Below, one piece after another: positions 59,330-64,000 of a stretch of 64,000 nt of DNA. Made by a program: the position numbers and the translations under genes. The stretch is from the human T2T-CHM13v2.0 reference genome, Homo sapiens: the NCBI RefSeq assembly GCF_009914755.1, contig NC_060930.1; one strand, given 5' to 3'. Below the pieces are notes generated by a model, which saw only the letters and a list, made by a program, of their open reading frames with translations, was not told where the DNA came from and did not search any database. Every line of letters starts with the position of its first letter. The first letter of the stretch is position 1.

Positions 59330-60614
59330 GATTCTAACATTAACTTTTTGCTTGCTTTATCACATATCTCTCCGTCTGTTTAGCCTGCTGTCCTTTGCAT
59401 GGTGTAGTTTAATATTCATTCTGCATTCTCTAGTGGAATGTGAGTACTCAATGTGTTTGCTTAGATTGGGTTGAATGGTTATATTTTATTCAGGTGACTA
59501 GCATAGCCGTACCTCATGGTTGAAGGGGTTTCTTGAACCTTTACTAACTTGGGTTTTGTTTTTTTTTTCTGTGTTGCTGGGACCTTAAGTGCACTTTTAG
59601 AGATTCAGAAGCGCTAACAGTTCAAGCAGAGACTCTAATAGTAGGAGGAAGAATGAAATGACAAATGAATTCAGTGGAATCTGGCTATGCTGAATCCGTG
59701 GTATGCTTATTCTCACTGCCTGTGCTGGGTCTGTGTGCTAAGGCTTTGGTGTCAGCTGAGGGCTTACAGTTCTGAAGGCTAATGTTTCTTTGGAGAAAGT
59801 AGAAGGATGTAAACTTGGCAAGCCTTCTTGTTTTCTTTCTCCTGGAATGGTCAGTTACTTTTCTGAGCATACTGTGTCATAAGATAGCACCTGGGCCAGA
59901 GGGATCTCTTTGGGATTAGTATAAAAAGTGGGGCCTCCTTCTGTTAAGAAAGGCAGCACAAGTGGGACAAAAGGAAACTCCTCTGAAAGGTTAATGGATG
60001 AGTGATTGAATTACTCAAATTGGAAGCAGATTTTTCCAACGCTAGTGCCAGTTCACTGCTCTGATTGGAATGTTCTTCCATTTTAGCAAATTTGTTTGGC
60101 TTTCTTGTGAAGCCTGGACCAGGCTGCAGCATTTCCAATGGGTTTCTCTTCAGAGCTATTTCTGTCATAGAGTTTCTTAATTTAGATATTTCATGATCAT
60201 TTGAGATAAAGATAGACGTGTTTGATCACTCTTGGTTGGTGGGAACTGGAGGTACTTTTGATTGGAGTCCAGATTTAATCTCCCATATTGAATGACTGTC
60301 CTCAAACTTACAAGGTGGATCTTAGTAATCTTTTCCAGAAAATGTAACGGCACTATTTTGGGCTAAAGTATTTAAAGGCTCTCAATCAGAGTTTTAAATT
60401 TTGCATATATAATTTCCCCCTTAAGCTTCCTTTGCTGTTTCTTTTGGAACTAGCTGAATGCTTGTATTCTCTATGGAGAGGTTGGGTAGAAAAGAGTGAT
60501 GAGGGGCATAAAAGTATCTTCCCTGATTAGAATGGAGGGCATGGGTGGTACTGAACTAGTGGTGCTTAGACTTGGTTGCAAATGGGAATCACTTCAAGAG
60601 TTTAAAAATATTGA

Positions 60615-62490
60615 TAACAGTTCAGCAAGGTGGCAGAATATAAGATCAATGTACAGAATCAATTGTATTTCCATATACTAGTAAGAAATAATATAATTGC
60701 ATTAATAAGAAAATAATTCCATTTACAATATCATTAAAAGGAATAAAATATTTAGGGATAAATTTACCAAAGTAGAAAATTCTCTGAAAACTGCAAAATA
60801 CTCTAGAAAGAAATTTTAAAAGACTAAATAAAAGATATCCCATCTTCATGGATTGGAAGACTTGTTAAGGTGGCAGTACTCCCCAAATGGATTTACAGAT
60901 TCAACACACCTCTTGTAAAAATTCCGACTAAATTCTAGGCTTATCCCAAAATTCCTATGGAAATTTGAGCAACCCAGAATGGTGAAACAATCTGGAAAAA
61001 GAACAGAGTTGGAGAGCTCTATTCCTCATTTCAAAACTGATTACAGAGCGACAGTAATCAAAACATTGTGATACTGTCATGAGGATGGACAGATAGATCA
61101 ATGGAATAGAATTGAGAGTCCATAAATAAATAAATAAATCTTATTTTTTGTCATTTGATTTTCAACAAGGGTGCCAAGACAATTCAAAGAGGAAAGAAAT
61201 GTTTTTCAGCAAATGGTGCTGGACAACTGGATATCTGTTTGCAAAAGAATTAAGATGTCTGTGATCTTCCTCATACCACAGACAAACATTAACAAAAATG
61301 GACCATACACCTATAACAGCTGAAACTATAGAACTCTTAGAAGAAGAAAACATAGGAAAATAGAAAAATTTTCATGATCTTGGGTTAGGCAAGACATTCT
61401 TAGATGTGACACCAAAAGCATAAGCGACAAAAGAAAAAGCAGATAAATTGGACTTCATCAAAATTAAAGACCTTTTTGCTTCAATGGACATCATCAAGAA
61501 AGTTAAAAGATAACTCACAGAATGGGAGGAAATATTTGCAAGTCATATCTCATAAGGGATACAGCTAGAATATATAAAGAATTCTTACAACTCAGTAATG
61601 AAAACACAAATAACTCAGTTACAAATAGATGAAAGTATAGATAGTTCTGAATAGGGACTTCTTCAGAGATGATGTACAAATTACCAATAAGCATGTGAAA
61701 AGATGCTCAAAATCACTAGCCAACAGGGCAATGCAAATCGAAACCACAATGATATTCGACTTCACATTAAGATGGCTATAATAAAAAAGACAGAAAATAA
61801 CGAGTTTTGATGAGAATTTAAAGAAGTTGAAACTCTCATACACTGCTGGTGGGAATGGAAAATGATGCAATTGCTTTGGAAAATCATCTAGCAGTTCCTC
61901 AAAAGGCAAAGATAGAGTTACCATATACCATACCTACTCCTAGGTAAATATCCAAGAGAAACGAAAATGTATGTCCACATGAAAACTTGCTCATAGCAGC
62001 ATAATTCATAATACCACTCAACTGGAAACAACCCAAATGTCCATCAACTGATGAAAGTATAAACAAAATGTGGTATATTCACACAATGGCATACTATTCA
62101 GCAATAAAATAAATGAAGTACCAATACATGCTACAACATGTATGAATCTTGAAAACATTATGCTAAGTGAAGCCATTGACAAAGGACCATACATTGTATC
62201 ATTCCATTTGTATGAAATGTAGAGAGTAGGAAGATCTATACATACAGAAAGTCAAATGGTGGTTCCCTAGGGCTGTGCATGGAGGATCTGGGGGAGAAAT
62301 GGGGAGCATGTACTAATGGGCACAGAGTTTCTTTTGGGATTATGAAATGTTCTAAAATCAAATTTGGTGATAGTTATACACTGTGAATATACTAAAAATA
62401 CTGAATTGTACACTTTAGATGGGTGCATTGTATGGGTACGTGAATTATATCTCAGTTATAGATATCTGAATTATATCTCAATAAAACATG
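60615..62490 (+). mobile_element. L1MB-type 3' portion inserted in a MER5B (halves ~60558-60614 and ~62550-62660)
   Basis: ORF2 3' end (catggattggaagact, caagggtgccaagacaattcaa) and 3'UTR ending tgaattatatctcaataaa; the MER5B halves are collinear. Confidence 0.85.
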
Positions 62491-62684
62491 ACATAATATA
62501 AAATATATAATATTTACATATCATATATAATAATGCTATATATATAATATACACTGACACCTGGATCCTTCTCTTAGAGAGTCTGAATTAATTGGTCTGT
62601 GGTATGGCCTGGGCATTGGACTTCTGGAAACCTTCCCAGATAATTCTATTAAAAAGCTGATGTGGAGAATCTTTGACATGGGTC

Positions 62685-62850
62685 TTGGTACTTACAAGTG
62701 TGGTTTGTGTGCCAGTGGCACCAACGAGACCTGGGAACTTACAAGGAGGGCAAAACCTCAGACCCCACCCAAGATCCACTGAATCAGAATCTGCATTTTT
62801 GATGGGATCCTCAAATAACTTGGATGGACATTCAAGTTTGAGAAACATTG
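62685..62850 (-). mobile_element. MER5A
   Basis: cagaccccacccaagatccactgaatcagaatctgcatttt. Confidence 0.8.
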
Positions 62851-62949
62851 TCAGTAAGGTAGTTGAATAGTAAGGCAGGCGAATGTTATCTCTGAAGTTC
62901 CTTATCCTCTGTCCATCCACCCCTCCTCCTCCTGCCTATGGCTTTTTAT

Positions 62950-63530
62950 TAAGGATACCCTTCCCAGTAGTGTCCCATATCTTCCAGTGTTTCTTGTCCA
63001 TAAAAACATACCAGGCTTAGATCATTTTCTTCGGGGGCACTGCTCTCTGCTAGGGAACCACTGGCCTTTTGGGATATATTCTCCTGAGAGCAAATAGGCA
63101 GTGGACTAGCACAACTGGTTCTATATAGCAAATGAGGCGACCCAGGAAGAAAGTGTAGAAAGAAGAGAGTTTAGGTCCTTTCCTGAAATTCCAGCATTTA
63201 AAAGTTGAGTTGAGGAAAATGCAGAAGATTGAGAAAGAGTGACTAGAGAGGAAGAATGAAAACCAGAAGAGTATGGAATCCAGAAGACAAGGGGAAAAAG
63301 GGTTTCAGGAAGGTGGGAGTGGTTAGCTGTGTGTGATACTGCTGTTGAGAGGTTGGGAAGGAAGAAATGTGTACTGGATTCAGTGACCTAGAGCCACTTC
63401 AGTTGAGTGGCAGGGAGGAGTTGGGATCGGATTGGTGAAGGAGTGAGGGAAGACAACTCTTTCAAACATTTGATTGTGAAGAGTTGAGGAGTGAAGAAGG
63501 CAGTATACAGCCAGGAAGAGGAGTGAGAGA
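62950..63530 (-). mobile_element. L2 fragments
   Basis: gagaaagagtgactagagaggaagaatgaaaaccagaagagt... Confidence 0.6.
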
Positions 63531-63808
63531 GGGCTGTTCTATGCTGTTTTATTATGACTTTTCTTTGATTTCTTTGATTAGGATATTTTGAACATGTTCA
63601 AGTATAGACAGGACAAAATTCAAGACATAGGAAAGAAAACAGGTAATGAATAGGTAAATTTCCTGAAAGGCAGGAGGAGATGGGAACCAGAAAAGCAGAG
63701 TTGGCTCCTATGTGTCAAGAAAAGAAGAACAGAGGATGGATGTGTGTTTGGGTGGGTTCATATGTTTCAGTTATCAGAGGTGAAGGAGCTTGGCCACAAA
63801 GTTGAGCA

Positions 63809-64000
63809 CAGACTGAGTATCCCCTATCTCCTTATCTGAAATGCTTGGAACCAGTAGTGTTTCGGGTTTCTGATTTTTTTTTTTTGATTTTGGAATATTT
63901 GCATTATACTTACTAGTCTACCATCTCTAATCTGAAAATCTAAAGTCTAAAATCCTCCAATAAGCATTTCCTTTGAGCACCATATTGGTGCTTAAAAAGT
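63809..64000. mobile_element. Tigger4/MER46 (Zombi) element, runs off the window
   Basis: tctgaaatgcttggaaccagtagtgtttc...gattttggaatatttgcatt. Confidence 0.8.

Overview
Human (or very close great-ape) genomic DNA, recognisable as the 5' end of RNF144B (IBRDC2/p53RFP, 6p22.3) plus about 32 kb upstream. The upstream part holds a 5'-truncated L1PA (1-3826, minus) and a tight retro-insertion cluster: a DDX18 processed pseudogene, an abutting THE1 solo LTR, and an IMPDH1 processed pseudogene with a nested AluSp. It also holds a fragmented hAT-Blackjack-like fossil and many Alu/MaLR/L2/MIR copies. RNF144B starts at a CpG-rich TATA promoter (~31.8 kb), with non-coding exon 1 (~31855-32135) and first coding exon 2 (44002-44202, ATG 44038). 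Intron 2 runs off the window. No CRISPR, rRNA or tRNA features, and no convincing new protein-coding gene. I cannot demonstrate a new biological system. The strongest unexplained signals are: (1) a 54-bp insertion in the IMPDH1 pseudogene containing an exact 37-bp copy of unique DNA 1,137 bp away, with inverted micro-pieces, resembling a template-switch/Pol-theta scar; (2) RNF144B exon 2 is 201 nt, stop-free around a back-splice junction and flanked by inverted Alus, so a circRNA would carry an endless ORF; (3) a translational-control cluster in the 5' leader (competing hairpins, strong-Kozak uORF, open in-frame extension, weak main AUG); (4) an MX1-type ISRE in intron 1. Repeat subfamily names are from memory of consensus sequences, and boundaries without a stated TSD are approximate.
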